Shown here: in pieces, positions 1 to 10,459 of the stretch
How the letters are laid out: each line of letters opens with the position of its first letter
How positions within the stretch are numbered: the stretch's first letter is position 1
Source of the DNA: Abditibacteriaceae bacterium
GTDB taxonomy: Bacteria > Armatimonadota > Abditibacteriia > Abditibacteriales > Abditibacteriaceae
Direction: 5' to 3'
DNA length: 31,025 bases
Assembly (NCBI GenBank): GCA_031372065.1
Contig: JANMKN010000327.1
Location: 1 to 31,025 of the forward strand
Program-made: the position numbers and the translations under genes
Notes under the pieces: model-generated
Told to the model about the DNA's origin: nothing
Seen by the model: only the letters and a program-made list of their open reading frames with translations
The model's database searches: none

Positions 1-753
1 CCCGAGGGCTATTTCGGGCCGGGCCCCGCCTTGTTCCAGGCGGTGGGGGTGGGCGACTTAGAAGCACGCGCTTTCCCCCAAACGGTTTTTTCTCCGCGGG
101 GCGCCGCCGCCACGCGCGAAAGCAAAATCGCGCTGCCTCCGGCCCCGACTGCATTCACCGCTGCGCCGCCGACCGTTGTGCCGATTGTAAGGCTTGCGCC
201 TGTTAAAAAAGCTCCAAGCGCACCGGTCACGAGCGCGCCGCCGCCCAAAGCCATAAATGTGGCCCCGGAAGCAACGGCGATGATTCGGTCGGGACGCCAT
301 GCGGCGGCGCTGAAAATTTTGCAACCGACCTTAGAAAGCGACCCGCATAATCTGGCGGCGCTGTGTCTGGCGGCTCAGGCGCAGGCCAATGCGGGACGCT
401 TGGACGAAGCCGAAGTGCTATGCCGTCAGGCCATCGAAGCGTCGTCTTTCGCGCCGCTGCCTTATCATTTGCTGGCGCGCATCGCCGAGGAGCGCGGCGA
501 CAGTTCGGCGGCCAAAGCGCTGCTCAAGAAGGTCATTTATCTCAACCATGCGTCGGTGCGTGGTTATCTGGAACTGGGTGCCATTTACGCGCGCGAAGGC
601 GATGCGATGCGCGCCACGCAAATGCAGCGCACAGCGCTCGGAGTGCTGAACGATTTGAGCGAAAACAGCCCGGTGCCCGGCGACGAACACGCCGTTGAAG
701 AATCGTTGACAGTCGGCGAACTCAAGCGCCAATTGGAAACCAACTCGCTTTAG
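1..753 (+). CDS. C-terminal part of a probable CheR-type methyltransferase with TPR repeats (WspC-like); 5' truncated by the window edge
   Basis: Frame is open from base 1 (PEGYF...), followed by a Pro/Ala linker and TPR-like helices (LAAQAQANAGRLDEA...PYHLLARIAEERGD...LLKKVIYLN). It sits directly upstream of cheW/MCP/cheA/cheB. The catalytic domain lies mostly outside the window. Confidence 0.72.
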   Translation, partial: PEGYFGPGPALFQAVGVGDLEARAFPQTVFSPRGAAATRESKIALPPAPTAFTAAPPTVVPIVRLAPVKKAPSAPVTSAPPPKAINVAPEATAMIRSGRHAAALKILQPTLESDPHNLAALCLAAQAQANAGRLDEAEVLCRQAIEASSFAPLPYHLLARIAEERGDSSAAKALLKKVIYLNHASVRGYLELGAIYAREGDAMRATQMQRTALGVLNDLSENSPVPGDEHAVEESLTVGELKRQLETNSL

Positions 754-794
754 TTCCCGCTGCGACTTCTGCCGCGTTACACTTCCTGCACTTC

Positions 795-1958
795 ATGGAT
801 TCCCCCGGCTCCGCTCTTGAACTACTTCGTTCCGATTCCTCGTCGGTGAATGCCGCGCGCGAGGCAACTTCGCCGGGCGAAATTGCAGCGGATGAAATGG
901 GCTTTGTGGAAGCGCCGTTTTTGATTTTTCGGCTGGGCACTTCGCTCTTTGGCGTGCCCGCATTGGCCGTGCGCGAGCTTCACGCGCTGCCAGCGCTCTC
1001 GCCGTTGCAGGAAACGGCGCCTTTCATCGTGGGCGTGCTGAATTTGCGCGGCGCGATTGTGCCCGTGATGGATTTAAGCGCCCGTTTCGGGCACCCAACG
1101 GCGCCTTATCGCCTGGATGACAGCCTGGTTGTGATGAGCTGGGGCGGCGCGGACGTCGCGATCATCGTCAACGAAGTGCGCTCGGTGAGGCGTATTACGG
1201 CGGCGCAAATCGAAGCCGCGCCCGCGCATGGCCGCCAGCGTGATTTGCCGGCGCCTTTTATCGCTGGCGTGACGCAAATCGGCGCCGGCATCGTGATGCT
1301 GCTGCACTTGCCGCATCTGCTTAATTGGCCCGCGCGCGAGGAAACCGCGCCGCCTGCCGGCGCGCCGCAATCTCTGGCGCCGCGCTTCGATTTGCAAGTT
1401 TGGACGGCAGCCGAGCGCTCGGTTTTAGAAGAACGCGCGGCGCGTCTGCGGCCTGCCGGAGAAGACGCACAGGCGGCAGCGGAAAGCGCGCCGGTCGCGG
1501 TTGTGGGCCTGGGCGGTGAGGAATTCGGCGTCGAGCTAAGCGCGGTGCGCGAGTTCGTTTCTGTGCGCGCCGTGGCGAGTGTGCCCTGCTGTCCGCCGCA
1601 TATTCTGGGACAAATCAACTTGCGCGGCGATATTGTCACGTTAGTGGACGTGCGCCCGACGCTGCGAACCGCGCACACGACGCCGCCTTATTTTGACGGC
1701 GCTCCCAAGCGCGGGTCGGTTCCTGTAGTCGTGGTGCAACACGAGGGCGCGCCCGTCGGCATCGTCATTGACGACGTGCGCGACGTGCTTTATCTGCGCG
1801 AAGACGAGAGAACAACTTTAGATGCCAATATTCAGGGCGGCGGCCAAAACGGGCAGTATTTTGCCGGTGGGGCGCTGCACGAAGGGCGCTTGCTGCCCCT
1901 TCTCAATGTAGCGAAGCTGTTGACCGAAGGTGGACTTGAAGTGGACGAAGGCGCGTAA
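795..1958 (+). CDS. cheW: Chemotaxis coupling protein with two tandem CheW domains
   Basis: Two CheW signatures ([18 protein letters not shown] and [18 protein letters not shown]) joined by a linker containing VLEERAARL. Confidence 0.9.
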   Translation: MDSPGSALELLRSDSSSVNAAREATSPGEIAADEMGFVEAPFLIFRLGTSLFGVPALAVRELHALPALSPLQETAPFIVGVLNLRGAIVPVMDLSARFGHPTAPYRLDDSLVVMSWGGADVAIIVNEVRSVRRITAAQIEAAPAHGRQRDLPAPFIAGVTQIGAGIVMLLHLPHLLNWPAREETAPPAGAPQSLAPRFDLQVWTAAERSVLEERAARLRPAGEDAQAAAESAPVAVVGLGGEEFGVELSAVREFVSVRAVASVPCCPPHILGQINLRGDIVTLVDVRPTLRTAHTTPPYFDGAPKRGSVPVVVVQHEGAPVGIVIDDVRDVLYLREDERTTLDANIQGGGQNGQYFAGGALHEGRLLPLLNVAKLLTEGGLEVDEGA

Positions 1959-1978
1959 GAATTAAAGGAGAACCGAAT

Positions 1979-3478
1979 ATGGGTGGCTCGAAAACGATGA
2001 AGGTCAAAACAAAATTGATGTTGCTTGTCGTGCTTTTCACAGTCGCGTTCAGCGCGTTCTGGGCATTGTCCTATTCCACTATCGAAGCCGTCAAAGTGAG
2101 TGGGCCGTATTATAAGGAGATCGTGAACGGCAAAGACCTCATCGCCGATATTCTGCCGCCGCCGGAATACATCATCGAAGCATTTCTGACCGCGCGCCAG
2201 ATTTCCGACCCGAATTATCGCGCCGAATTGCCGGCTAAAATCAAGAAAATAGGCGAATTGGAACTCGAATACAACACGCGCCATGACTTTTGGAAGACAG
2301 GGCTGCCCGAAGAGAACGAATCCGATAAATCTCTGAGAACTGCGATGCTCGTAACCTCCTACGACCCGGCCATTCGCTTTTTCAAAACGGTGACCGAGCG
2401 ATTAGAGCCAGCGGCGGAAAAAGGCGATTATGCAACAGCCAAAGCGCTGATTTACGGTTCGCTGCAAAGCGACTACAACCAGCATCGCATAGCCATCAAC
2501 GAGGTGGTGAAAATGTCCAACGAGCGCAATACGCGTATCGAACAGCAAGTCACCGAGACCATTCACAATCGCAGGCTCGCACTGATCGTTATCGGATTCT
2601 CCATCATTGCGATGGCGCTTATCGGCATTGGAGTTTTCCTTAATCGCTCGATTGCTTCAGCTTTGCAGGAAACCGCCAGTGCGCTGTCCAGCACGTCCTC
2701 GGAGATCGCTTCGACTATCGAAGAGCATGAGCGCACCGCCATGCACCAGAGCGCCGCCGTGCATGAAACCACCGCGACTATGGACGAATTGGACGCTTCG
2801 TTCAACCAGACCGCCGAGATGGTGACAACCGCCGCCGATACCGCCCGCCAAGCCGCCCAAATGGCGCAAAGCGGCATTCTGACTGTGCAGCAAACGCGCG
2901 ACGGCATGGTGAGTTTGAAGGAAAAAGTCGCCATCATTGCCGAGCAGATTTTGAGCTTAAGCGAGCAAACCAGCCAGATCGGCAGCATTACGAGCCTTGT
3001 CAGCGACTTGGCGAATCAGACCAATATGCTGGCCCTGAACGCTGCCGTCGAGGCCGCGCGGGCCGGCGAACACGGCAAAGGTTTCACGGTCGTGGCGAGC
3101 GAAATTCGCAAATTGGCCGACGAATCGAAAAAGTCCGCCGAGCGCATCAACGCTTTAGTCGAGGACATTCAAAAAGCGACCAATTCTACTGTGATGGCGA
3201 CCGAAGAAGGCACCAAAACCGTTGACCAAAGCATTCGCTACGCCGAGGAAACCGTGCACGCTTTCGACAACGTGCGGACTTCGTGCAACCATGCCAGCGA
3301 CGCCGCGCAACAAACGCTGCTCAGCGTGCCGCAGCAAGTGACAGCCGTGAAACAAGTGCTGATTTCGATGGATTCGCTCAACACCGGCGCGAGGGAAACC
3401 GCCGATGGCATCGGCCAAACCAAAATCGGCGTCGAAAACCTGCGCGTCACAGCCCTGAAGCTGAAAGAAATGATTTAA
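1979..3478 (+). CDS. Methyl-accepting chemotaxis protein
   Basis: Two TM helices flank a sensor domain; hairpin-tip motif [42 protein letters not shown] at 1965-1970. Confidence 0.95.
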   Translation: MGGSKTMKVKTKLMLLVVLFTVAFSAFWALSYSTIEAVKVSGPYYKEIVNGKDLIADILPPPEYIIEAFLTARQISDPNYRAELPAKIKKIGELELEYNTRHDFWKTGLPEENESDKSLRTAMLVTSYDPAIRFFKTVTERLEPAAEKGDYATAKALIYGSLQSDYNQHRIAINEVVKMSNERNTRIEQQVTETIHNRRLALIVIGFSIIAMALIGIGVFLNRSIASALQETASALSSTSSEIASTIEEHERTAMHQSAAVHETTATMDELDASFNQTAEMVTTAADTARQAAQMAQSGILTVQQTRDGMVSLKEKVAIIAEQILSLSEQTSQIGSITSLVSDLANQTNMLALNAAVEAARAGEHGKGFTVVASEIRKLADESKKSAERINALVEDIQKATNSTVMATEEGTKTVDQSIRYAEETVHAFDNVRTSCNHASDAAQQTLLSVPQQVTAVKQVLISMDSLNTGARETADGIGQTKIGVENLRVTALKLKEMI

Positions 3479-3599
3479 CGACAATTTTGAATTTTGAATT
3501 TTGAATTTTGAATTGAAAATGCCCCACTCAACCTCTCCCAGATGAGAGAGAAGCTGTTTTTCAATTCAAAATTCAAAATTCAAAATTCAAAATTGTCGT
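3478..3599. repeat. Heptamer-repeat palindrome, (ATTTTGA)n / (TCAAAAT)n, with perfect 42-bp arms
   Basis: 3478-3519 is the exact reverse complement of 3558-3599; each arm has about four 7-bp units. Confidence 0.97.
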
Positions 3600-3607
3600 C
3601 TTCTCCC

Positions 3608-5980
3608 ATGATTGAAGACGACGAGCTGCGCGAGCTATTTCAAACCGAAAGCGAAGAGCATTTGCAAATGCTCGACGACGGTTTGCTGCGCCTCGAAACC
3701 AACCCCCACGATAAGGCCACGCTTGAAGAAGTTTTCCGCGCCGCGCATAGCCTCAAAGGCACGGCGCGGATGCTTGGTGTGTCGGGCGTGGAAACCATCG
3801 CGCACCACATGGAAGACGAGTTGGGCGGCGTCAAACGCGGGCGCGCCGTGCTGACTTCGGCTCATATAGATCGCTATTCGGTCGGCTTGGGCGCAATGCG
3901 GAAGTTCGTGGACGAAGCAGTCAAAGGCACGCCCGCCGATGTTGATCTCACGCGCGTTTTAGCCCAACTCAGCGGCGAAATGCCGCTGGAAAGCGCGCCA
4001 AAAGCGCCTGTCGAAGCTGTGTTAACCTCGCCGAAAATTTCTGAGCCGCCGATTATCGCGCCCGAAGCGCCCGCGATGTTCGAAGTCACTTCGATGGTGC
4101 CGGTTGAGGCTGAAGCGGGCGCTGAGTTGGCGCAAATCGAAAGCGAGGCGATGGTTGTCGCGCCCTCTGCCGCGTTGGAAATCGAAGACGCGCTGGAGAA
4201 CGCCATCGAAGTGGCCGACGATGCGCCGCGCGATGATTTCAAGATTCAAACCATGCGCGTGCCGCCGGCCAAGTTAGACGCGCTGATGACGTTAGCCAGC
4301 GAGCTAACCGTCACGACCACGCGCGTTATTCGCGGTCTGGCGGCCTTTGAAGAAATTGGCGCGCTGTGGGAAGAGTGGAACAAAGACGTGGCCGGTCAAC
4401 GCCCTATATGGCAGTCGGCGGATCACGCGCGCGGCGATACGGCCAAACATCTGGCCGGTTTTCAGACCCGCGAGCAGGCGCGATTAAACCGTTTAAAAGT
4501 GCTCTGGGAGCAACTCAAGCAAACGACTTATCAGGACGTGACGCGCCTCAACTTCGTGGCCGACGAGCTTGAAGAAGGCATTCGCAACGTGCGTTTGCTG
4601 CCGCTTTCACAGATTTTTAACTTGTTCCCGCGCTTGGTGCGCGATCTGGCGCGCGAGCTGAACAAAGAGATTTATTTTTCCATCGAAGGCGGCGAAACCG
4701 CTGCTGACAAGCGCATTTTAGAAGAACTTAAAGACCCGTTGATGCATATGCTGCGTAACGCGATTGATCATGGCGTCGAACTGCCGCACGAGCGCGAAAG
4801 AGCCGGGAAAGCGCGTGTGGCCTCGATTCGCCTGCGCGCTTATCAAACCGCCAACAACGTGATGGTTGAGTTGCAGGACGACGGGCGCGGTTTGGACATT
4901 CCCGCCATCAAAGCCATCGCGCTCAAGCGCCGTTTGCACAGCGAAGACGAGTTGTCCGCGATGTCGCGCGAGCAGTTGCATTTGCTGATTTTTGCGCCCG
5001 GATTTTCGACCAGCGCAATGGTCACGGACGTATCCGGGCGCGGCGTGGGCATGGATGTAGTTCGCATCAACATCGAGCGGCTCAAAGGCAGCATTCGCGT
5101 TCATTCCGAGCCGGGCAAAGGCACCACATTTACGATTCGCCTGCCGTCCACTTTGGCCACCACGCGCGTGCTTTTGGTGACGCTCGCCGGTCGTCCGTAT
5201 GCGATTCCCGTCGAATGGGTGCAGACCATCGTGCGCGTCACGCGCAGCCAGATTTTCAGCATCGAAGGCCGTCAGACGATTGTATTGGATGATCGCGCGC
5301 TGCCGATTGTGCGCTTGTCGTCGCTGCTGGAATTGCCGTCCGATGCTTCCGGCGACGCCGCGATTTACGTCGTGCTCGAAGTGGGCGAGGAACGCTTTGG
5401 TGTGCAGGTGGACGGTCTGGTGGATGAGCAGGAAGTCATGCTCAAACCGCTGGGCGCGTTGTTGAAGCGCGTTCGCAACGTGTCGGGCGTGACGATTTTG
5501 GGCGCCGGCGAAATTTGCCCGGTTCTCAACGCCCACGATCTGGCGAAAGCGGCCTTGCACCTCGCGCCGCGTCACGCGCCGGTTTTTGCCTTGGACGAGG
5601 CTGTTGAAGATGTCGCGCGCAAAGTGATTTTATTAGCCGAAGACTCGATCACGACACGCACACAGGAAAAGCGCATTTTGGAAAGCGCCGGCTATGAAGT
5701 CGTGACTGCCGTTGACGGTGCCGATGCCTTTCAAAAGTTAGCCACGCGTGAATTCGATGCCGTGGTTTCGGATGTCGAGATGCCCAACATGGACGGGCTG
5801 ACTTTAGCCGCGCGCATCCGCGAAAACCCGCGTTACAACGAATTGCCGATTATTCTTGTCACGTCGCTGGCCAGCGACGACGATAAGCGGCGCGGCATCG
5901 AAGTTGGCGCCAATGCCTACATCACCAAAGGCACCTTCGAGCAGAAAGTTTTGGTGGACACATTGCGGAGGCTGGTTTAA
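3608..5980 (+). CDS. cheA: CheA-type hybrid histidine kinase (HPt-HATPase-CheW-REC; WspE-like)
   Basis: HPt motif FRAAHSLKG, HMLRNAIDHG, DDGRG, SGRGVGMDVV, a CheW domain and a C-terminal REC (SDVEMP). Start placed at 3608 because the ORF-track extension from 3542 is translated repeat. Confidence 0.95.
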   Translation: MIEDDELRELFQTESEEHLQMLDDGLLRLETNPHDKATLEEVFRAAHSLKGTARMLGVSGVETIAHHMEDELGGVKRGRAVLTSAHIDRYSVGLGAMRKFVDEAVKGTPADVDLTRVLAQLSGEMPLESAPKAPVEAVLTSPKISEPPIIAPEAPAMFEVTSMVPVEAEAGAELAQIESEAMVVAPSAALEIEDALENAIEVADDAPRDDFKIQTMRVPPAKLDALMTLASELTVTTTRVIRGLAAFEEIGALWEEWNKDVAGQRPIWQSADHARGDTAKHLAGFQTREQARLNRLKVLWEQLKQTTYQDVTRLNFVADELEEGIRNVRLLPLSQIFNLFPRLVRDLARELNKEIYFSIEGGETAADKRILEELKDPLMHMLRNAIDHGVELPHERERAGKARVASIRLRAYQTANNVMVELQDDGRGLDIPAIKAIALKRRLHSEDELSAMSREQLHLLIFAPGFSTSAMVTDVSGRGVGMDVVRINIERLKGSIRVHSEPGKGTTFTIRLPSTLATTRVLLVTLAGRPYAIPVEWVQTIVRVTRSQIFSIEGRQTIVLDDRALPIVRLSSLLELPSDASGDAAIYVVLEVGEERFGVQVDGLVDEQEVMLKPLGALLKRVRNVSGVTILGAGEICPVLNAHDLAKAALHLAPRHAPVFALDEAVEDVARKVILLAEDSITTRTQEKRILESAGYEVVTAVDGADAFQKLATREFDAVVSDVEMPNMDGLTLAARIRENPRYNELPIILVTSLASDDDKRRGIEVGANAYITKGTFEQKVLVDTLRRLV

Positions 5981-7104
5981 TGGCGCTGTCAACTCACCCA
6001 GGTGGCGCCGCCAAAGGCCCGATTCGGGTTTTTTTGGTGGACGATTCGCCGCTCGCCCTCGTGTTGCTCAAGAGGATGCTGGCGACTTCGCCCGATATCG
6101 AAGTGGTGGGAACGGCGCGCAACGGTCGTGAGGCGCTGGCCGCATTTGAGCGGACTAAACCTCAAGTCATCTGCACCGATTATCATATGCCCGACATGGA
6201 CGGGCTGGCTCTCATTCAGGAAACGATGGCCGTGTTTCCGCGCCCGATTTTAGTCATCAGCTCGACCATTGATCCCGCCGAGCGCCATAAAGCGTTTCCC
6301 TTGTTGGCGGCGGGCGCCGTGGACGTGTCCGCCAAGCCGGACGCCAACACACCCTTCGAGCAAGCCGCCGCCGAACTGGTGCAAAAAATCAAATTGCTCA
6401 GCGGCGTGATGGTGTTTACGCGCCGCTCGCCGAACGCCGCTGCGGGCGCTGTATCAAGCGGCACAATTGTTTCGCGTGCGCCGTTTCCAGCGCCAGCGCC
6501 CGCTGCGCCGCCGGTTTTGCAAGCGCGCAAAGCGAACTTGATTCGCATGGTCGCGGTTGGCGCTTCGACGGGCGGGCCGCAAGCCCTGCAAACCATTTTT
6601 AGCGGCCTGCCGGCGCGCTTTTCTTGTCCCATCGTGTGCGTGCAGCACATCAGTCTGGGTTTTCTCAGCGGCCTTGTCGAATGGTTGGACGCGCAATGCC
6701 GCCTGCGCGTTAAAATCGCGGCTAACGGCGAAGTCGCTGTGCCGGGCACGATTTACTTCGCGCAGGAAAATACGCATCTCGAATTTGACGGGCAGGGACG
6801 CCTGATTTATGCGCTTTCGCCGCCCGTTGACGGCCATAAACCCTCGGTCACGGCCACTTTCGAGTCGGTTGCGCGGCATTATCGGCATTCGGCCTTGGGC
6901 GTTTTGCTGACCGGAATGGGCAGCGACGGCGCTTCGGGGTTGGAATCCATCATGCGCGCCGGGGGCACCACGCTGGCACAGGACAAAGCGTCGTGCGTGG
7001 TCTTCGGGATGCCTCAGCAAGCCATTTTGCGCGGCGCCGCGCACTTTATTCAATCGCCCGACGAAATCACTCGCTCTCTGATTCGCCTCACCGCCGCACT
7101 ATAA
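5980..7104 (+). CDS. cheB: Chemotaxis response regulator protein-glutamate methylesterase (WspF-like)
   Basis: N-terminal REC (VDDS, TDYHMP); esterase motifs GASTGGP, QHI and GMGSDGA; TAATG stop/start overlap with cheA. Confidence 0.95.
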   Translation: MALSTHPGGAAKGPIRVFLVDDSPLALVLLKRMLATSPDIEVVGTARNGREALAAFERTKPQVICTDYHMPDMDGLALIQETMAVFPRPILVISSTIDPAERHKAFPLLAAGAVDVSAKPDANTPFEQAAAELVQKIKLLSGVMVFTRRSPNAAAGAVSSGTIVSRAPFPAPAPAAPPVLQARKANLIRMVAVGASTGGPQALQTIFSGLPARFSCPIVCVQHISLGFLSGLVEWLDAQCRLRVKIAANGEVAVPGTIYFAQENTHLEFDGQGRLIYALSPPVDGHKPSVTATFESVARHYRHSALGVLLTGMGSDGASGLESIMRAGGTTLAQDKASCVVFGMPQQAILRGAAHFIQSPDEITRSLIRLTAAL

Positions 7105-7128
7105 AATTAAACGTTTAAAAAACCCGCC

Positions 7129-8292
7129 ATGATTTCTCTTCCTCTTCCTCTGCCGCTGCGCTCTGAAATTGAAATCTTAGTCGTAGACGATAGCCGCGTG
7201 CAGTCCAAGCTGCTCAAAGACTTATTGCAGAGCCGGGGCTACATCGTGCGCTCGGCTGCCGATGGCCGCGAAGCGCTGGAAATGGTGCGCCAAAAAAAGC
7301 CGACTTTGATCATCAGCGACATCGTGATGCCGGTAATGAACGGCTACGATATGTGCTTCGCTCTCAAGCAGGATGAAGCATTGCGTGATGTGCCTATTAT
7401 TTTGCTGACTTCGCTGTCCGACACCGCAGACATCGTGCTGGGCCTGATGGCGCGAGCCGATTACTATCTGACCAAGCCTTACAGCCCCGATTACCTGCTT
7501 TCGACCATCACCGGCCTTTTGCAGCAGCCGCCGGCACCGGACGACGACGCACTGCAACCGTTGGAAATCACAATTGGCGAGACCCGGCACGAGATCACAG
7601 CCAATCGGCGGCAAATGCTCAGCTTGCTGCTTTCCACTTACGGCAACTCCGTCGAGCAAAACCGCGTGCTGCTGCAAGTGCAGCGCGAACTCAGGTCGCT
7701 CAACGATCAGCTTCGCGAGCAGTCACAGCGGATTATCGAGCAGCAAAAAAGCTTGGAAGAAGCCAACCTGCAACTGCATTCGCTGGCGACTCACGATGGC
7801 CTGACCAAGCTGAAAAACCATCGCGCTTTCAAGGAAAAGTTAGACGAGGAATTAGAGCGCACCGCGCGCTACGGCCAGCCGCTTTCGCTGTTGCTGTTAG
7901 ACGTGGATTCTTTCAAGCAATATAACGACAGCTTTGGCCATCCTGCCGGCGACGATGTTCTTATCCGTCTGGCGCAGCTCCTTTGCAACAACACGCGCGG
8001 CGCCGACTTCGCGGCACGTTACGGCGGTGAAGAATTTGCGGTTTTGTTGCCCAATACCGATAAAAAATGGGCGATTTTCATGGCCGAGCGGCTGCGAACC
8101 GCCATTGAAGGCGAAACCTGGCCGCACCGCGCCGTTACAGCCAGCTTTGGGGCCGCGACCTTTCACGAATCGAACCATCAAAGTGAAGCCGGCGCCGCGC
8201 TCATCAAAGCCGCCGACAAAGCGCTTTATCATTCTAAAAGAAGCGGACGCAACCGCGTGACGCACACTGACGACGCGGCGGAAAGCGGTTGA
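7129..8292 (+). CDS. Response-regulator diguanylate cyclase (REC-coiled coil-GGDEF; WspR-like)
   Basis: REC (VVDDS, SDIVMP), coiled coil, DGLT, RYGGEEF active site, and RGAD I-site five residues upstream. Confidence 0.93.
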   Translation: MISLPLPLPLRSEIEILVVDDSRVQSKLLKDLLQSRGYIVRSAADGREALEMVRQKKPTLIISDIVMPVMNGYDMCFALKQDEALRDVPIILLTSLSDTADIVLGLMARADYYLTKPYSPDYLLSTITGLLQQPPAPDDDALQPLEITIGETRHEITANRRQMLSLLLSTYGNSVEQNRVLLQVQRELRSLNDQLREQSQRIIEQQKSLEEANLQLHSLATHDGLTKLKNHRAFKEKLDEELERTARYGQPLSLLLLDVDSFKQYNDSFGHPAGDDVLIRLAQLLCNNTRGADFAARYGGEEFAVLLPNTDKKWAIFMAERLRTAIEGETWPHRAVTASFGAATFHESNHQSEAGAALIKAADKALYHSKRSGRNRVTHTDDAAESG

Positions 8293-8472
8293 TCTTATTT
8301 TCGCGCCACCACTGGCACTCTTATTGCATTAGATATTTATTTTGTGTCATAAATAGGGCAAACGCGCTCAGTCGGGTGCTACCGGAAGAGATGACCAGTT
8401 GAACGCGGGTTCCTTTGATACACAAAATCTTCCCTCTGCCCGGCAGTGAGCCGTAAAGTTCCCACCTGCACT

Positions 8473-10113
8473 ATGCCTGATTCCATTCCCCACGACGCTC
8501 CACTTGCCACGCCTTTTCACCCGCCCAGTCGCGAGCGCGATGAAGCGGTTGCTGAAGCGATGACCGGCCCAACGCCGCTGGGCTTGAAGGTTTTAATCGC
8601 CGACGACAGCCCGGTGGTGGCCAAAGTGCTGTCGTCGGTTTTGCGCCGCGCCGGCTACGAAGTGGTGACTGCCGCCGACGGCATCGAAGCGGCCCAAGCG
8701 GTTTATCGCGAGTTGCCGGACGTGGTTCTGCTCGACATTTTCATGCCGCGCATGAACGGTTATCAAGTCTGCCGCCTGATTAAACAAGACGAGGCTGTTT
8801 CGCATATTCCCGTGCTGATTAACACAGCGTCGGAAGGCCGCAGCGCCGAGTTCTGGAGTCTGCATACCGGAGCCGACGGCTTCATGCTGAAAGGCATTTC
8901 GCCGGACGAATTGTTGGGCGCCATCGCCCGTGTGACAACCGGGAAAACCGCTGCGACGCCCGGCGCTGCGCGGCAAGCGCCCGGCCCTGAAGAAATTCTT
9001 TCCAAAGTCTGCGCGCTCGTGGATCAGGAATTGTATGCGACGACGGTTAAAGGCATGGAATTAGAAACCATGCTGGCGAATCTGACCGAAGGCATTCTGA
9101 CCGTTGACAACACGGGCCGCATCAACACCGCGAATCATTTTTTGTGCAATTTGCTCGGCGCCCCGGAAGAGGAGCTAAAAACCCGCGAGTGCGGCGAGGC
9201 TTTGGGCGAAGTTTTAGGCGACACCACGCGCCAACTCATCGAGCAAGCCTTGAACAGCGAACACGTCGTGTTACGTGAAGCTGAAGTTACCTCGCGCGAT
9301 GGAAAAGTCACTCCCGTCGAAATCAGCGCGGTTCCCGTCAACGATTATTTAGGCGAAGTCGTGGGCGCGATTTGTGTGTTTCAAGACATCACGCGCCGCC
9401 GTGAGGTGGAAACGCTTAATCGCTTGAAAAACGACCTGACGGATATGATCGTGCACGATTTACGCACGCCGCTCACCTCGCTGCTTTCCGGCATCGAAAC
9501 GATGGAGATGTTAGGCGACCTGACCGCAGATCAAAGCGAGTTGATGAACATTTCCATCGGGGGCGGGCAAATTTTGCTGGGGATGATCAACGATCTGCTT
9601 GACATCTCGAAAATGGAAGATGGCTCGATGCAAATTGAGCGCAAAAACGTGGAAATCGAAGACCTGATGCAGCGCGCCCTGCGTCAAGTGACCGCGTTGG
9701 CTCAGGCCAAAGGGCTGCATTTAATCAGCGATGGCGGGACGGGCATTCTCGCCTTGCAGGCCGACGCCGACAAGTTGCTTCGCACCCTTGTCAACCTGCT
9801 TTCTAACGCCATCAAGTTCACGCCGAAGGACGGCTCGATTACATTGGGCACGCGCTTCGTAACGCGTCCAGGGCGGCGCGATTCGGTGGTTTTCGCGTGT
9901 CAGGATACGGGCGAAGGCATTCCCGAAGAAGCCTTTTCGCGCATCTTCGAGAAGTTCGGCCAGGTGGAATCGCGCGCTGCCGGGCGCGTGATGTCAACCG
10001 GACTTGGCCTGACGTTTTGCAAAATGGCCGTCGAAGCGCATGGTGGCCGCATCTGGGTGCAAAGCACTCTGGGACACGGCAGCACGTTCTCTTTCGCAAT
10101 TCCTATTGCCTAA
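8473..10113 (+). CDS. Hybrid sensor histidine kinase (REC-PAS-HisKA-HATPase)
   Basis: REC (IADDS, LDIFMP), PAS-like segment ending QDITRRR, H-box VHDLRTPL, NAIKFT, DTGEGI, GLGL. Start uncertain (8446 GTG, 8473 ATG or 8560 ATG). Confidence 0.92.
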   Translation: MPDSIPHDAPLATPFHPPSRERDEAVAEAMTGPTPLGLKVLIADDSPVVAKVLSSVLRRAGYEVVTAADGIEAAQAVYRELPDVVLLDIFMPRMNGYQVCRLIKQDEAVSHIPVLINTASEGRSAEFWSLHTGADGFMLKGISPDELLGAIARVTTGKTAATPGAARQAPGPEEILSKVCALVDQELYATTVKGMELETMLANLTEGILTVDNTGRINTANHFLCNLLGAPEEELKTRECGEALGEVLGDTTRQLIEQALNSEHVVLREAEVTSRDGKVTPVEISAVPVNDYLGEVVGAICVFQDITRRREVETLNRLKNDLTDMIVHDLRTPLTSLLSGIETMEMLGDLTADQSELMNISIGGGQILLGMINDLLDISKMEDGSMQIERKNVEIEDLMQRALRQVTALAQAKGLHLISDGGTGILALQADADKLLRTLVNLLSNAIKFTPKDGSITLGTRFVTRPGRRDSVVFACQDTGEGIPEEAFSRIFEKFGQVESRAAGRVMSTGLGLTFCKMAVEAHGGRIWVQSTLGHGSTFSFAIPIA

Positions 10114-10364
10114 AATGCCTTCTCTGTATGCGCTGGCTTTGTTTGTAAACGCCTGTATCACTGGAGCGATAATCTGGTGACAATGAGCCGAGTCGAACCA
10201 ATACTTCAGGTGTGGCGCTAACAATTAGGGATAACGCCATCTTATTGTGGGTGTTGTAATTAAATTCTTGCTTGATTTTGGTTCTGTTGGACTGTCGAAG
10301 CGGATTGGAACCAAATTAAAAACCTGATTTCATGAGGCGAGTATTCTGTTTGTGTTTGGTTTTA

Positions 10365-10438
10365 TAGCCCGTAGGGGATTCGAACCCCTGGTCTTCAGAA
10401 TGAGAATCTGATGTCCTAGGCCTCTAGACGAACGGGCC
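10365..10438 (-). tRNA. tRNA-Glu (anticodon CTC), CCA not encoded
   Basis: Minus strand reads GGCCCGTTCGTCTAGAGGCCTAGGACATCAGATTCTCATTCTGAAGACCAGGGGTTCGAATCCCCTACGGGCTA; anticodon arm TCAGA-TTCTCAT-TCTGA; T-loop GTTCGAATC. Confidence 0.97.
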
Positions 10439-10459
10439 AGATTGTCTTTTGCCTCGGAG

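Noticed and set aside
3542..3607. N-terminal extension of CheA in the ORF track (FNSKFKIQNSKL)
   Set aside because: It is the translated heptamer arm. The same artefact affects the rhomboid (12133) and rplV (19852) starts.
4718..5575. 285-aa antisense ORF
   Set aside because: Shadow of cheA with no recognisable motif.
1..10364. Chemosensory cluster as an island integrated at tRNA-Glu
   Set aside because: It looks somewhat GC-richer and lies off the tRNA 3' end, but no integrase or att duplication is visible, and it carries the same heptamer element as the core genes.
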